A stretch of DNA of 64,000 nucleotides, from NCBI GenBank assembly GCA_040954595.2, contig CM082576.2, positions 1,495,403 through 1,559,402 of the forward strand, in the 5' to 3' direction. Each line of letters opens with the position of its first letter. The stretch's first letter is position 1. The notes under the pieces are model-generated. The model was not told where the DNA came from. It saw only the letters and a program-made list of their open reading frames with translations, and did no database searches. Source of the stretch: Balanoglossus misakiensis (Eukaryota > Animalia > Hemichordata). This document shows positions 15,801 through 29,850 of the stretch, piece after piece. The translations under genes were made by a program, and so were the position numbers.

Positions 15801-16153
15801 TTACTGTTGAGCTGCTGTTTCGCATCATACGGTGCATTTGGTGGGTGATTCAAATTGCCTGACCTATCCGTCAGACCGTTCACATCATTCTCTTTGGACT
15901 TTGATTCGTGTTCTAAGTCAGTTCCGTTAATATTTTTCAGCAAGTCTGTACTATGTAACCAACTCAAGCTGGTCAGGTCCTCGTCGTCCATTGCACCTTT
16001 TTCCATTCGAATGGCAGCAAAACAACTGCTGCTTAAATCCATTTTGACTTGGCCTAACGCACGAGATAGCGTTGCAGTGGGGAAGCTTCTACTTAATCCT
16101 TGGTTGACTCTTCGTAGTGCAGACACACTCCCGTGTTTCCGATTCAGAGGCAT
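855..16153 (-). CDS. FOXN3: Forkhead box N2/3 transcription factor (5' part; 3' exons lie beyond the window start)
   Basis: Coding exons 16153-15599 (ATG 16153; acceptor just above 16169), 4770-4619 and 910-855, all GT-AG and phase-compatible (0, 2, ends phase 1). Protein has [12 protein letters not shown] and the forkhead domain [17 protein letters not shown]...[18 protein letters not shown]|[29 protein letters not shown], typical of FoxN2/3. The third exon begins STS like vertebrate FOXN3. Likely co-orthologue of FOXN2 and FOXN3. Confidence 0.95.
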
Positions 16154-19100
16154 GGTTACCTCGCACTACCTGAAATGGACAAAAAAAACAAGGAGTCAAA
16201 CACAAAACGTATACCTAGAACAAAAATAATGATACACTAATGCAACAAAGAGGTTAATCCTATCATATGTTAATCATAACAATGAACGACCATATTCTAG
16301 AAGTACCATTTCACACAAAATTCAAACGATCCAAAGTAAGGCTAATTTTGCATTACATTCAGACATCACAGATGGTTGACTAGGGCACATTGTCACTCAT
16401 CCACACTGACAAAATCTACACGCACCATTTTCACTGAAGTTTGCCGTACCAAACCCTAAACAAAAGAAGAGAGTGACGAACACTGGCTATTTGAAAATCA
16501 ACCAAGCTTCATATACTGAATAGCCATTGGTTGGCACTCATCCAAATGTGCAGAGAACAAAAGCCACTTCGACCCGTGGCAAATTTCTGAAAATAGATTA
16601 AAAACAGATAGTGGATGGTCTCTGCATTTCTATTAACATCTGTGGATATTTTTCCATGGCTCTTTGTTGAACAACACAGTCACGTCGGAACATGTAGGTA
16701 AAAAACGACAACGTGGAATGTGTTATGAACATTTTTGTCGGCTAAATTCTATTTGACTTACTGATTATCCAACAATAGAAATCAATGATTTGGCTGAAAG
16801 GGTAAAATATTGATATTCTTTCACCAATGCAGCAGATACAAAAAAAATTCATAATAAATTTATTTTTAATTTGGAACACCCGATAAGTCAGTACGAAATG
16901 ACAATGAAGGTGACAGATTTGAATGGCTGCATGAAAAAAATCTGTAAACCTACGCACAATATGATGGGGCTGTTCAAGGATAATTCAAATTTTGGCATAA
17001 TTTTTTTTTTTCTGACACCAATGAAGTGCGACATCGTCTATATAAACAGATTTGGAAATTGCAAACTGGTTAGGGAGCAGTAGAATACAGTAAAATGTGG
17101 TCAAGGAAAATCAAGAAATGTTCAACATTTGTGTCCAGAGTAATATCTGAGAAACAAAATGCACGTCCAAACAAACAAAGTGTTCTGTGGCCATCATTGC
17201 AGGAAACTGTCCTTACAAAGGCGTCAGAGTTGATCCAACCACCACATAAACGCATTACAGTCCACTGGTTTTTGATAAACATCACAACGGTACATGTGAT
17301 TTACATTTGGTTAGGTTAGAAGGCTGGCACACACTTACTTACTTGTAATCATGTCCCCATGATAACCAAGCTAGATTCTCAAAAATAATACTTTTAACGG
17401 CGGAAGATCTCTGCAACAATGTTGTTGACTCTGTAGTCAATTTGGGAAAACTGGTTCATTATGAGAAAATGTAGCCCCCTCTACATCACATCACTGCATA
17501 CGGCAAAAAGTCTACTACTGGCCAGCAGCTTTAGGTTGCCATGGAAGCTAGTGATGTAGCATCAATGGTTGAAGCTGTTGCCATAGAGACATCACCATAT
17601 TGCCGTATTGATGTCACCGCGCCAGTGCGTGATAAGATAAGTAGAGTGTACAGAGGTTACTGACACAAAGATGGCCGCCCACTACCAATGGTCATTGCAG
17701 TGGTGAATTTTAGGAGGAAATTACTCAGATAAAACACTAGCATTTACCACTGGAGTTTTTCTCTCTCCCTTATTTGAAGCCATTAGGAATCTAATCTTTT
17801 CAGAAAATGATTGTTCACTCTTGTGAAGCTGAGGTATCTTACGGGTAAAAGCAGTCACGCATGCTTGCCAGCACACAAATAGAACCACCATGGCACTTTG
17901 GGTCTCAATATCTCTTCAAAAGCCTGCCAGAAACTCAATCACCCCCACAGCTACTGTACCACATAGCACGTGTATTTTATGACGTTCTCAATACAGCCAA
18001 CTGTGACATTTCACAAGTGTCCACTGCGTAAAACAGTAATTCTATTTCCATACAATCTAATTTTACCAACAGACCATCCTGGATGTTCCACCAATTGGCT
18101 ACAGAAAACCACCGAATCAATATTTCCATTTACAATTTGATTTAAACTATGTCAGTCTTAGTTGCCTCTCTGTAAGTTAACTTTTCCCCTTTCTCTTGTT
18201 TTTTTACTCGATGTCTAATTACATTTTTATTGTATTTTAACAACTTGTTTTTGTGAAGACTTCTTTGTCTTGCAGTGTGACTTCATGGCATGTTCATGTC
18301 GGCCACTGAACATGAACAAATCAGGGTTTTTTATCAAAGAGGAAGGGATATGTTGACAGAATTCCACGTTCAATTTGTATACTGTCTGGATTTACATAAA
18401 TGCACCAAATTTTCAAGTCTTCACAAAAAAGTGCGAAAGAGGAGAGCCCACTCTCAAAAAATTGCATGCAAATTTACTTTGTCACCTTAGCACAGCCTGC
18501 AAAGTCATTCCCATGGCAACCAAAGCAGCAAAGATAAAAGCTAGGATTATCATTACTAAAAGTACTTATCTTAACTTACAATATTATATTTCCATTACAT
18601 CTGTTACTCCCTAGAAGATGGAATTTTAATGCTTAGAAGCTGCATGCATTTTCTTGTCCCTGCACTCAAGCCATTTCTTGGAATTACATTAGTCTGTCGT
18701 TCACAGGTATCTTTTCTATAGTCATTTCTCTGCCCTGGAATTTGGTGTTTTTTCCTCCTCAATGATGGTAATTAAACACAGGATATGAAGGAAATAGACT
18801 TTGAAATTAAAACCTCATCAGCTTTTAATGCATCGAAATTCTCCAAGCTATCAATCTTTATTTTAAAAACCAATTACCCTGAACTACTCCAGTTATTAAA
18901 CTAACTATACAAACAGTCGTGATGAAATAATTTCCTCTGAACACATGTCAGGATTTGATTTCAAACTTTCTATTTGCCAGTAGTTTAATGGTTCACACGT
19001 TTTCTTCACAAAACAGAAACTGCCTTTTGAATGGGGGGGGGGGGGACCTCCATCTGTTTATAGAGCGTCTTCCGGGGGAAATTTTAGGTTTTCCTTTACA

Positions 19101-20804
19101 TACAGGGTGACCAACTGGATGTAACTTCCATTATATGTGTAATACAAACACATTTTACCAATAAATTAAACTCCAATACGCAACCGTGTCATGCAAAAAA
19201 ACTGGCATATTGACTCTTTTCTCACTTTGCCCTGAAAAATATGGTGCCGATAAAATAAGACCGATGACTGCAAACAACCCAGCCTTGCAATTAATTCAGT
19301 TCCATTGTTACAGGCGGAACAGCTGTGATCATGGTTTGCAAGAAATGCAGCACAGACCGTTGGTCAAACAGGACTAAAAATACTCACATGAGAAAATGCT
19401 CATTGATGTTGTAAAACCACCTGGATAAATGTAGGAAGAAAATTCACGTAATGAGCCCTCCTACTGGTGTTCCACACGCACTCCCACAGCTTACCCAACT
19501 GTTCTATTATTAAACTTAAAAATTAACAGACCGATAGATTCTTTCATGGGTGGGACAGCCAGTCAGAATTACCATGTGGCAGTTTCTCTGACCAAATATC
19601 AAGTTGTGTAAACATTCGCAAATCATTAACAATAAATTGACCACTGCCACAACAATGGAATTTACCACAAGCTGTCACCATGACAACAGAAGTAGACCCA
19701 TGGCATAGCGCCCAACCTATACATTTCCCAGAACTTAGAAAAAGTAGCGGTGATAATGTCTGTTTCACTTTTGAAAAGTTTCTGTAGTAGCCTAGGGAAA
19801 TAGACACTAACTATTGCCTGTAGATCTCCACAGACCACGGCAACAGAGCAGAACAGTTCAGGGTGATCCTATAATCCCATCTGGAATAACAATCTATAAT
19901 AAGCACTTCTTGTCTCTCCTGGACTCAAGCATGGGACTCCAAGTCTATAGAGACATTCCATGTTTGCTTGGGTGATGTGACAATGTGTCAATTCACAGGT
20001 AGGTTGCCACATAGGCAGCTAACACTATTGACAATGGACAAGTCTCCTAATTTGCAAGTTTCACAACAATTTGACTTGTACAGGGCATTTCGCACCACGC
20101 ATGGTCAACTGTTCATCAGAATTTGAAATATGTCACTCTGCAGAATGTACAGCGAGTCAGAATAAACCCTTGACCTATGCTCTGTCAAGCATCAAATCCC
20201 GTATTTCATTACACCAAGACCCTAATACCATAATTTCCATCATGAATTATGTCCATTTTTTCTAGAGGGAAAACGAATAAACATGTAAATTTTGAAACTG
20301 GAGAATACCTAATTTGTGACAATATTACGAACATGAGACATGAAATTTCCCATGGGCATTCCAAATTTAATTGAACCTTCTGCTACTTTCTTTTCCTGAA
20401 ACCTTTCTAGACTTTTGCCCAGTAGAATCTCTAGCTGTTGATTTGTACATATCAGAATATTTAGGATCAGCATCAGAGTAGCAATTTTCAAGGGATGTAT
20501 TTATGATCTTTTTTTCCTTCACTCTCTCCTGTTTGCATAATGGTAATTATAATAAAATTGGTTTGTCAATAAATAACTAAATAAACAAATGAATAAATTC
20601 ACCCCCCCCCCCCCCACAACAGTGCTATAACAAGACATGGTGAAAGGGGAAAATATTGTATTCACAATACCTCGTTGTCTCTGTCTGTTCAAAAGCATCT
20701 TGGGTGAGTCAGATACACGTGTGTACAAAATTATCTGATGTTCCAGGAGATGCAAAACAAAGACTACTGTACGCAGTGTTCACTTCAAAAAAAGTAAAAT
20801 GATT

Positions 20805-20837
20805 GGAGAGAGACAGAGAGAGAGAGAGAGAAGAGAG
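20805..20837. repeat. (GA)n microsatellite
   Basis: Imperfect GA dinucleotide run. Other short simple repeats: (CAA)n ~1254-1272, (CT)n ~40836-40855, (TGCT)n ~55856-55876. Confidence 0.7.
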
Positions 20838-23800
20838 CAAAACCCTCCTCTCCAACATCTGAACATCAAACATCAGCAAACAAATAAACTAGCAGGGCTA
20901 TGCAGACGACACCAAACACTACATGTATTACCATACATGTAATAGCCCAGGGACACCTAGCTACACAAATCACCAGCATGCAGCTTTCTAATTGGGTCCC
21001 GTACTTAGCAACCCATAGCAACTGACAAACACATGTTCCCACTGTGCTATGCATGATGAACATCCATACTGCGTTCTTCTCTCCATCAATATATTTCTTA
21101 AATATCTTCTAGTTTTTCACAATGATTTACAGAACAATGCAAAATCAGAGATCTGAAGGGTGGTGAAATAAGAAACAGGTAGTCCCACAACAAAGTTTTA
21201 TTTTAAATTGGACCAAATTACACAAATGATGAAAATCTGATGTAAAGCTTCGTGGCAGGACAAAAGAACAAAGCTATCTTTGTAAAAAGAATCATTATTT
21301 ACAGGACTCAATCATTTGCAGAAATCATGTTTTCCTTCTCCTTTCAGAAATTGCCAAAAAGAACACACAATGTTGACTGAACCATAGAATCACCTTTCTG
21401 ATCTGAGAGCAGCGGCTGTCTTGTACAGTGTAATCCCGCGAGAAATAATAAATTTATCACTTTCATTAAGATCAATCAATGGTTAAACTCATTTGACAGG
21501 TTCATTTCAGTTGGAAATGACTACACAATACGCATGGCAAGTGAAAAAGTCAACTTTCATTCAACTCTTCCGATTTCCCGCTTGCACACCACATCCAAAA
21601 TCCAAATGAACAGAAAACACTAGTCAACTTTTTTTGGAACTCTTGTATATGAAATTCACACAAAAACATTGAAGCGCATTGGATGAGAAATCAGTCATGC
21701 ATTATTTTTATAAAGCACTGACTGTACAGTGTCACACTCATCAGAATCTCCGGTCTATCACTAAAGTTTTGGAAACTCAGATCAGTATTCCACACACACG
21801 TATCAGAAACATCTCCGTTCGCAAAATTTGTGTTCTCGCTTCGACATACTGCTGAGTTTATGCCTTCTGCACTCTGTACCTCAAAACAAGCTATGCATTA
21901 TGCATCACCATGGTGACCTCGAATATGCATGGCACTGTTGATGGGGCACCATCCACCAACTCATCTGACAAAATGTGACAAAAGTAGAAAACACACCAAT
22001 TCATTTCGACACTAAGTGTTGTACAATGTATTAGGGAAAACGGAAGACAGACAGACATACCAAATGTGACATCACTTGTTATTCATATTATTAAAAGAGA
22101 AAAAAATCATTAAGAATTCAATAGCCAATAGATTTATAATAGCATCAGTGAATAAATCAGCATATTAAAATATGACATAACATGATTAGGGAATATTATA
22201 CACAGATAACTTGTAAAGACCAAACCTACAGTGTGATGAATTAGCCGCCAAGTGATAACAAAACACTCACGACTCGAATGTTGCAGTTAATAAACTTTCA
22301 ATATTTCATGGCAGCAGAGATACTGCTACTGGGACTTATGAATAAATATCCTTTTTAATTTATATGTATTCCTTGAGGATGTATGTAAATATTGTGCCTT
22401 TTGCTCTGCTCATATTTAACAGACAATAACTAACGGAGTGTGGAAAGATATATGAGTCTGACTGAAGTGTCATATTAGAGAAGAGAAAAGGATTTTTAAA
22501 AGTTTTTACTTTGAATAGCATTTATCAATTATTATGGCTAGCTCTGATTAGTTTCAATTTTAACATTGGATCTAGGCTAAAAGCCCACTCGCTTGTTTTC
22601 AAAAATGCAAATTACAAAAATGGTCTATTTTTAATCTGAACTATTTTATTTGAGTAAAGGTACTCTCTGTTGACATTTGTGACAAAGTATGACATAGATA
22701 TGAACTGGTTGACAACACACTCTGATATGAACCATACAGTCTCTGAGACCCTTCTCCAGATTTTCAAAACCTTCTATACATCTGCTTACACTGACTTCAT
22801 GAAAAATAAACCTAATTTGATATCACCAATGGGAATCATTCCCAACAGAAGGTCATTCCACTTACTACACACTCCTTTTTTTCTTTTGTATAAAGTTCTT
22901 CAAACAAGATGATGGGAATACTTTTTCTCTGGCTTATTTCTTTAGAAAATGGATAAAGCTCTTCTCACATGTAAGCGTGTATTCATGGGTGATGTAAACT
23001 CTCTCGCTAGCGTCTCTCTCTGTTTAAAATTCAGGCAGCATTTGCTTTTCTATCAAGCAAGCTAACAATCACTTCAGGTTGAATATGACAACCAACAATA
23101 TCAATAACTGCTGTAATTGCCATCTTACATGGCCGCTCTTTACTTCGACATGCCAGGTAAATTAACCTCGGAAATGAGACTATTCTTGTTTTCTCACTAA
23201 AAAATGTAAAGCACTTGCTGGTTGCCATGTGTTTTGGCACAGCTGCATGACATCATCAGAAGCCATTCTGCTGTACGGTTGCCATAGCAATGGATGCACC
23301 AAAGAGACAGCTTGGTGTGTCAGTTGCAGTGTCATTATGGGATGGCAGTTAACAAAGAAATCAATCACACCAGAGATGCAAACACACTAAAGAAAGCTGT
23401 ACTTCTGAACAAGTGATTGTTTCCACATGCAAACAAATGAACCAAGGCAGAAAACCATACACTTTTTAAACATGTTATTTGCTCTGTTGAGACAGACATT
23501 AGGACAAATCAGCCAAGTTGGGGAGGGATCCAGAAAATTTCTGAAATTTGAGTCTTTACATCTTCCATGCTTGAGTTCACACAGCAAACCTCAATGAGGC
23601 TTCATTCCACATCAAAACCAATACAATGTACATTTCACAGAAGTTCAAAAGAAATTTACACAAAACTAAAGCGGACTGGCTAAATGAAGTGATTCATGAA
23701 GACCATCAGATGCCAGTTTATCGACACATAAAACCTTTATTTGTAGTCAATATCCACCTCCTGTATGACGGACAATCACAATTTTATCATGGGTACAAAG

Positions 23801-26800
23801 ATCCAGAGCATGCTGTGTTGTTGTTATGAGCTCAGAAATACTGAATTGAATCATTTCCAATATATGAACAGCTTTTCACCACATCCATGAAATTTATACA
23901 CCTGGTATTTTTCTGATGCTACAAAGGGCAGCTTTCAGATGAATGGGCGATCAGAAATTTGATACATTTGCCAAAAATCAATAGGTCATTTGGCATTACC
24001 TGATATTGTACATTACTCTCCATGAAATCATTTAGGGAACACAAATTACACATATCAAACACACTCAACCCACCGTGTCAGCAAACACCAGCTTGTTTGT
24101 TGGCAGTGAAAATCGATAACCTGAGAAAATTGCATCAAACAATCTCTTTCACTTCTGCCATAAGATCACAGAGAGGTTTTGGAAAGTGTCCAGAAATATA
24201 CAGAGTTTGCACTGGGGATTCAACATCTACATGTATATACCTCACAACACAACCAACAATTTACTGTCCGGTGGTAACACCACAACAATTATGGGTTGCA
24301 ACTGGAGGATGGTGGGTCACTTGTTGACCCCTATTTACTTTTCTTTCTGACATCCATTTTTGTTCTTGGTGAACTTCCTCCTATGGACATTCACCCTGTG
24401 ATCAACTTATACACAACTGATACAAAACATGTTTGTTCACACATGTAGGTTGGGTACATCAGATGGTAGCACAAATTATGAACACAGATAGTCATCAATA
24501 CTGATAAGCTGCACCCACATTTGTTCTGGGATTTTCTCCCCTTTATTAAAATGTCATACTGTAATGGTCAAAGTCCTGGGCATAGCCAACCTAACAAAAT
24601 TAACAACCTCTTACAGATGTCACCCTTATCTCCAAATGCACAGCAGACTGAAGTCTGCATGAACTGCAATTACTGGAAACATGCCCACACTCAACAAGTA
24701 ACAGTGTGATGTGCTGACATTGGATGCTGTGCAACAAATATCACTTTGGATGGCTATGATGATGGTTTTTCAATCACTCGGACTCCCTGACTGTTTTCAG
24801 GAGAGGAAAACTATGGATATCTTTTGCGCGAGTCCCCAGAGCAGCAGCATCAAATGAATCAAGCAATATTATAGGAAATTATTTCTTGGAACTTAGCGTA
24901 TCGGATTGAAACTGCCTGTCCATATTCAAATACATGTACTGACAAATAGAGCGCCCTCTTTGTGTGTCCAAATGTGGATTAGCAGACAAATTCTGAAGCG
25001 AACAGCCGACAAAGTAGATAATAGGCAAACGGTTATACCATTGTTACTATTCTTACCATTTCTTTGTATTGGGATCCCATTAACCTACAAGAGGAGGATA
25101 CATGGTACAACAGAACATTGAATTCTTCGTATCTTGGGGGGTCTTTCTCCTTTTGAGTCATTTCTCTGCTGCTTTTGTAGCGTCTACCAACATGCATTCT
25201 CATTATCACTGCATTTTCGTGGTTCAGCTTCTTTGTTACTGGTTCATTTCAGCCACAGTGTTATTACCATGTGCTGTTGAACAGAATCCAGCCTGCAATG
25301 TTTTTACGCTGTCTGCATTGGTTCGGTCTGACCTCTTACATTGCTGCCATGATTTTCTTCCACCAATGATTATTTTAGTCAAACAAGAATAAAACACAAG
25401 AACTGAAGGCATGGTCCCACCAACTGAATGCGTTAACCTTTTGCCCATATGCTATCTAAAGGGTATATAGTGTAAAATGGCCATGAACCCTGTCTAGGCC
25501 TTCTTCCTTCTTGTGTACAAATGTCACATGCTGGGTCAGACACCTTTTGTCTTACAGGTGTGTGAGTGCGTGTGTTAACGGCTTATGCTGAAAAAGAAAA
25601 CTTTTTCAGAAAAGTTTTGCAGTACACAGTTCTATTCAAATCCTCCCTCAAGACATATTCATTATTGCCCTCTGTTTAATAACCGACAGCCATTCATCAC
25701 CAATCACTTTACGATACCGTCTTATCAGAGAACTTTTCAGCATCTTGGCAATCAGATAAAATTACTATACAGTACACATAAACAAGACTACCTCTTCCAC
25801 GTCACATCACATCAAGGTACCTGCATTTTGCCATTGGATGAAAAAGTCAACATGTGTCTGCTCAAACCGCCATTCAGCTGTGAGAGGCTGTAGTAGAAGA
25901 ACACTACACTTCTTGCACACTTACACAGGTTATATATTATGGATGCAATGATCCGTCATTGTTGCCATGGAAATCATCCTAATTATAACAAGATCTATGC
26001 TTGCCACCACCACTTGTGTCAGCTGACCGGTCACATTCCCTACAACCATGCAGGCAAAGATGGAATACAGTCTTGACAAAACTACAACAGTTTGCACAGT
26101 TTTCTTCTTTTAGATTCATCTCAGACAGATGGGGAAGTCCCTGGAGTTCTATTCCACAAAGGGCAAGATAAAGACCTTGAATTCTTGACTTTCATTTACG
26201 GGCACTCCCAATGCTTTCTAGGGAATCATCAATGGCTTCACCATTCACAAAGTAATACAATGTAGATGATAATGAGATATCATTTTGCAGAGAATTCACT
26301 AATTTTGATTATACTATCGTCTATACAAGAAGCTTTCAAGTTACCTTTTTCTGGGCCTTTTTCATTTCATAAGCCGAAAGTGGGTTTTGATGTCACATAC
26401 TCAAAAAATTCTCTACAGAGCTGACAGACACTTGGAATGCATTCTGTTATTCCTTTGACTGTATATGCAATTTTTGCCATCTGTACCCTCCAAAATCTAT
26501 GGCAATCATCAATCTTTTCCATGCTGTCAAATCCGCAGCCAGCTCTGGGACTTCTAGACTAATCTTGATTCAAGAAACTCGCTGCTTTGAATACAAATTT
26601 TCACTTCCGATGGGCTGAATAAGTTAGTAAAGCTCAATCAATCACATAACAATTGATAAAGAAAGAGCTGGTAAATAAGCTCAGGAAGACACCATTCTAC
26701 CTTTAAGAGTTTTTGTATACATTGAGTCACCTGAAAAAAAAGACTGGCCATGGCCAATAGGTATGTTGACTGTTTAGCATTCCCACCAAGGCATGTATAC

Positions 26801-28099
26801 AAGCCACGATTCAAAAGCACCATGCTTTGATGCATGTAGTAAACTACATCAAATCCAAAAACTACACAAAATTTCAACTCAAATGATCTCAAGTACGGGC
26901 AATTCGAATCTACAAAACTATGCATAATCGGTAAAGATGTACAGAAGCTCAAACTGTGAGACCTTGCAAAGTGCTTCATAGCACCATGCAAGCAAAACTC
27001 CCCAGACCAATTTGTTCAATGACACAAAACATCAACAATGATTTGTACATAAAAACAGATTTGTATGTTTGTACAATGATATATCTCACTCGAAAAATTA
27101 ATTATTAATAAACTCAGTTGTTCCCTGAAACAACAAACCCTGTTACCATTTGACTTTCATGGTCAGATTGTCACAGTTGACAAACAAATGGAAAAGTGAC
27201 TACAAACAAAGATACTGAACACCACATTTCAATCTCAGTCGCACACCAACAGAAAACTTTCAGTCTCTGTATACGAGCAGGCAATAAACCACCTGGACAA
27301 ACTTTTCAATGGCCTATGACCTTCAGACCAAGACTGTCTATTTGAAAAGTTGTCTGCACACCATGAGACACAAAATGTATCTCCTTGAATGGCACAAGTT
27401 TACGTAACTACAAAACTTGCGACCTTCAAATTAACATAAGTTTCTATTCAGCAACATCTTAATAAATTTTACGTTTATTAGAATTATTGCTTAAATTTAA
27501 CACAACCTACTGACCAAATTTTGCTATCTTGATTTAAATTTTACCTCTGCATTAGAAATTTTTCACACGATTCAAGAATTCGGCTTTAGGACACCCCCCC
27601 CCCCCCCAATATTCTAATCACTGTTTAAGTACAAACCCTGGTAAAACAAAAGAGTGCCTTCTACAAATAGGATGCTAACAGCATGTATTTTTTGTCAGAA
27701 GCCTCCACTTCACACCTTCAAATGCTGATAAAGAAATCACTACTGTTACAGATGAAAACCCACATTCTGTTGTAGTACTCACTGAAAGGACCATGACTGG
27801 TTTGAACAAAGAACTATCCCTGTCACACATTTGTGAACAAAAGCAATATGCCATCAAGGCCTATCACTCTAATAATAAGGCCCGAGTTTATATCAAAATG
27901 GTCCTTAGGTAGGACAGCCAAATTTCACATTTTACATTGCCAGGGCGTCACTTCCAGAATGACACTGTGTTTGAATTTAGTTTAAAAAAGAACAGTCAGA
28001 AACTTGCCATATATTTTATAAGGTCTTTCACTTTCAATTGAAATTCTGATATTATTTTATACAAAGAACAAATGTTATAACACTTCATATGAATAAAAT

Positions 28100-29850
28100 T
28101 GCACTGATGTCTAGAAGGCTTCTTACCTACAACACGACGGGAGAGGGCTGTCTGATCCTGCTATATGTATCTGATACTGTCGTGCGATCTTCCGGACTGC
28201 GTATTCCACTGAAAAACTTCGGTATACAGTCTGCGGCCAAACTTAGTCGATTTCACGTAATGTACTTCACACTTGTCCACATTGGCTTTACACTCCAATG
28301 CTATATAATCCTAAAATGATCATAGATACTGCAATTACTGAAAATGTCCGGTGTTTCGATGCCAAGTTTTACGAAGAACATACATTATGGACTTCTTGGT
28401 GGCTGCAATCTAGCTCTAAATATAGACCACTGAAATCGGAAGACTTTATCGAGGATGGAACATGACCTAGGTCGAGGGAGGCGTGAACGGGCTTGCTGTG
28501 ATCATGATGATGTGGCTTGTGGTGCACTGTGAAGAGTATACGGCTGTTTTAATGCGCATCCCATCATGGACGACAACAAGACTCTAGGATATTAGCCTCC
28601 TCACAACAATTGCCCGTATGAGTCAATAAATTTATTACAGCTATGACCGAAACCACCAACAATGACAACAACAAACGTATGAAACAGGAAGTTGTGGGGC
28701 CACGATCGCCGATCCACCCCGCACCAGTCTATTGAACATAATTTGAAGTTTACTGACAAAGTATTTTAACTTACAAAGCTTGTCTTCGTAAAAGTTAGCA
28801 CGACAAGAGCATCGGTATTTATCATGAGTATATTATGTAAAGTAACAATCGGACTTTATATTTGCCAAATTTTGACTACTAGTATCTCGGCTGCCTTACA
28901 ATCGAGGAGAGGAAGTACCCCCGCAAATCGAACTCAAAAACATGGATGACGACATGTGGCATGGGGCAAATCCTCGCAAACTACGGTTTACGAGAGAACG
29001 TGGTCGCCGAATGAGCCAGGATTGCCCATATCGGCCATGGAACAAAGAAGATTTTACGTGGGGAGAAAAACTACTTACAGACCACTCACCTCGATAAATT
29101 TGCGTTAAAAGTGAACAGACAAAGCCACCCAAGACTAGCAGTCATCAATTTTGAAACAATGGTAGTTCTATCACTAACTACGCCATCTGAGCATGCTGAG
29201 TCGCCATGTAACGTTCTAATAAGTGTGAAATCCCTGCAGGAAAATGACGCAAATGATCGTATATAATGATCAGTTGTAAATATATAGTTTTACGTCTCCT
29301 CGAGCTATTAACTTATACATACCTTAGGACGTATAGTTGTAGAAATGTAATAGAAATCAAAAAGATTAATTTAAAACGGCATACTTTTCTCGCTAATTGA
29401 GGGGTACAAGCAATTACAGTAATGTCCGCAGATAGCGTACTAGCAACCAATCAAATCTTACGTTGCATATTACCGTTATGCTAATTAAATCCTCCATTTT
29501 GGCGCCAAATAAACCTTCTTCAAAACAAATATCTTCATTGGGCCGCTTCCGGGCTGTTGTGGTAGTTGCAGACACTCCCCTGCAAAAACTTTAAACGGTT
29601 GAAGTCAATGTTTCATTCTTTTAGCGACATCAATAAATTGAAACACTGTAAAAGACAGCCATTATGACTGTTTGACCTAACTAAACGATTTCATCACGTA
29701 AGTGAAGAATATGACGATGTATTTCCCCTCAAAACACCGCTTGTTAGATGTACGCACATGTCTGTCACAGTTGCCATGGGAACATGCTGCGGCAAACTGC
29801 GTCTAAACAACTAGTGACACGTTACTTAGCAACCGCTTTCATCAATTGCG
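28100..29850 (-). promoter_or_regulatory. Putative FoxN2/3 promoter and non-coding first exon region
   Basis: Locally CpG-rich. CCAAT 29447, ATGCTAAT 29478, palindromic E2F-like TTTGGCGCCAAA 29498-29509, ETS-like CTTCCGG ~29546, X-boxes 29770 and 29821. Minus-strand GTAAG donors near 28126 and 28774. TSS not determined. Confidence 0.5.
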
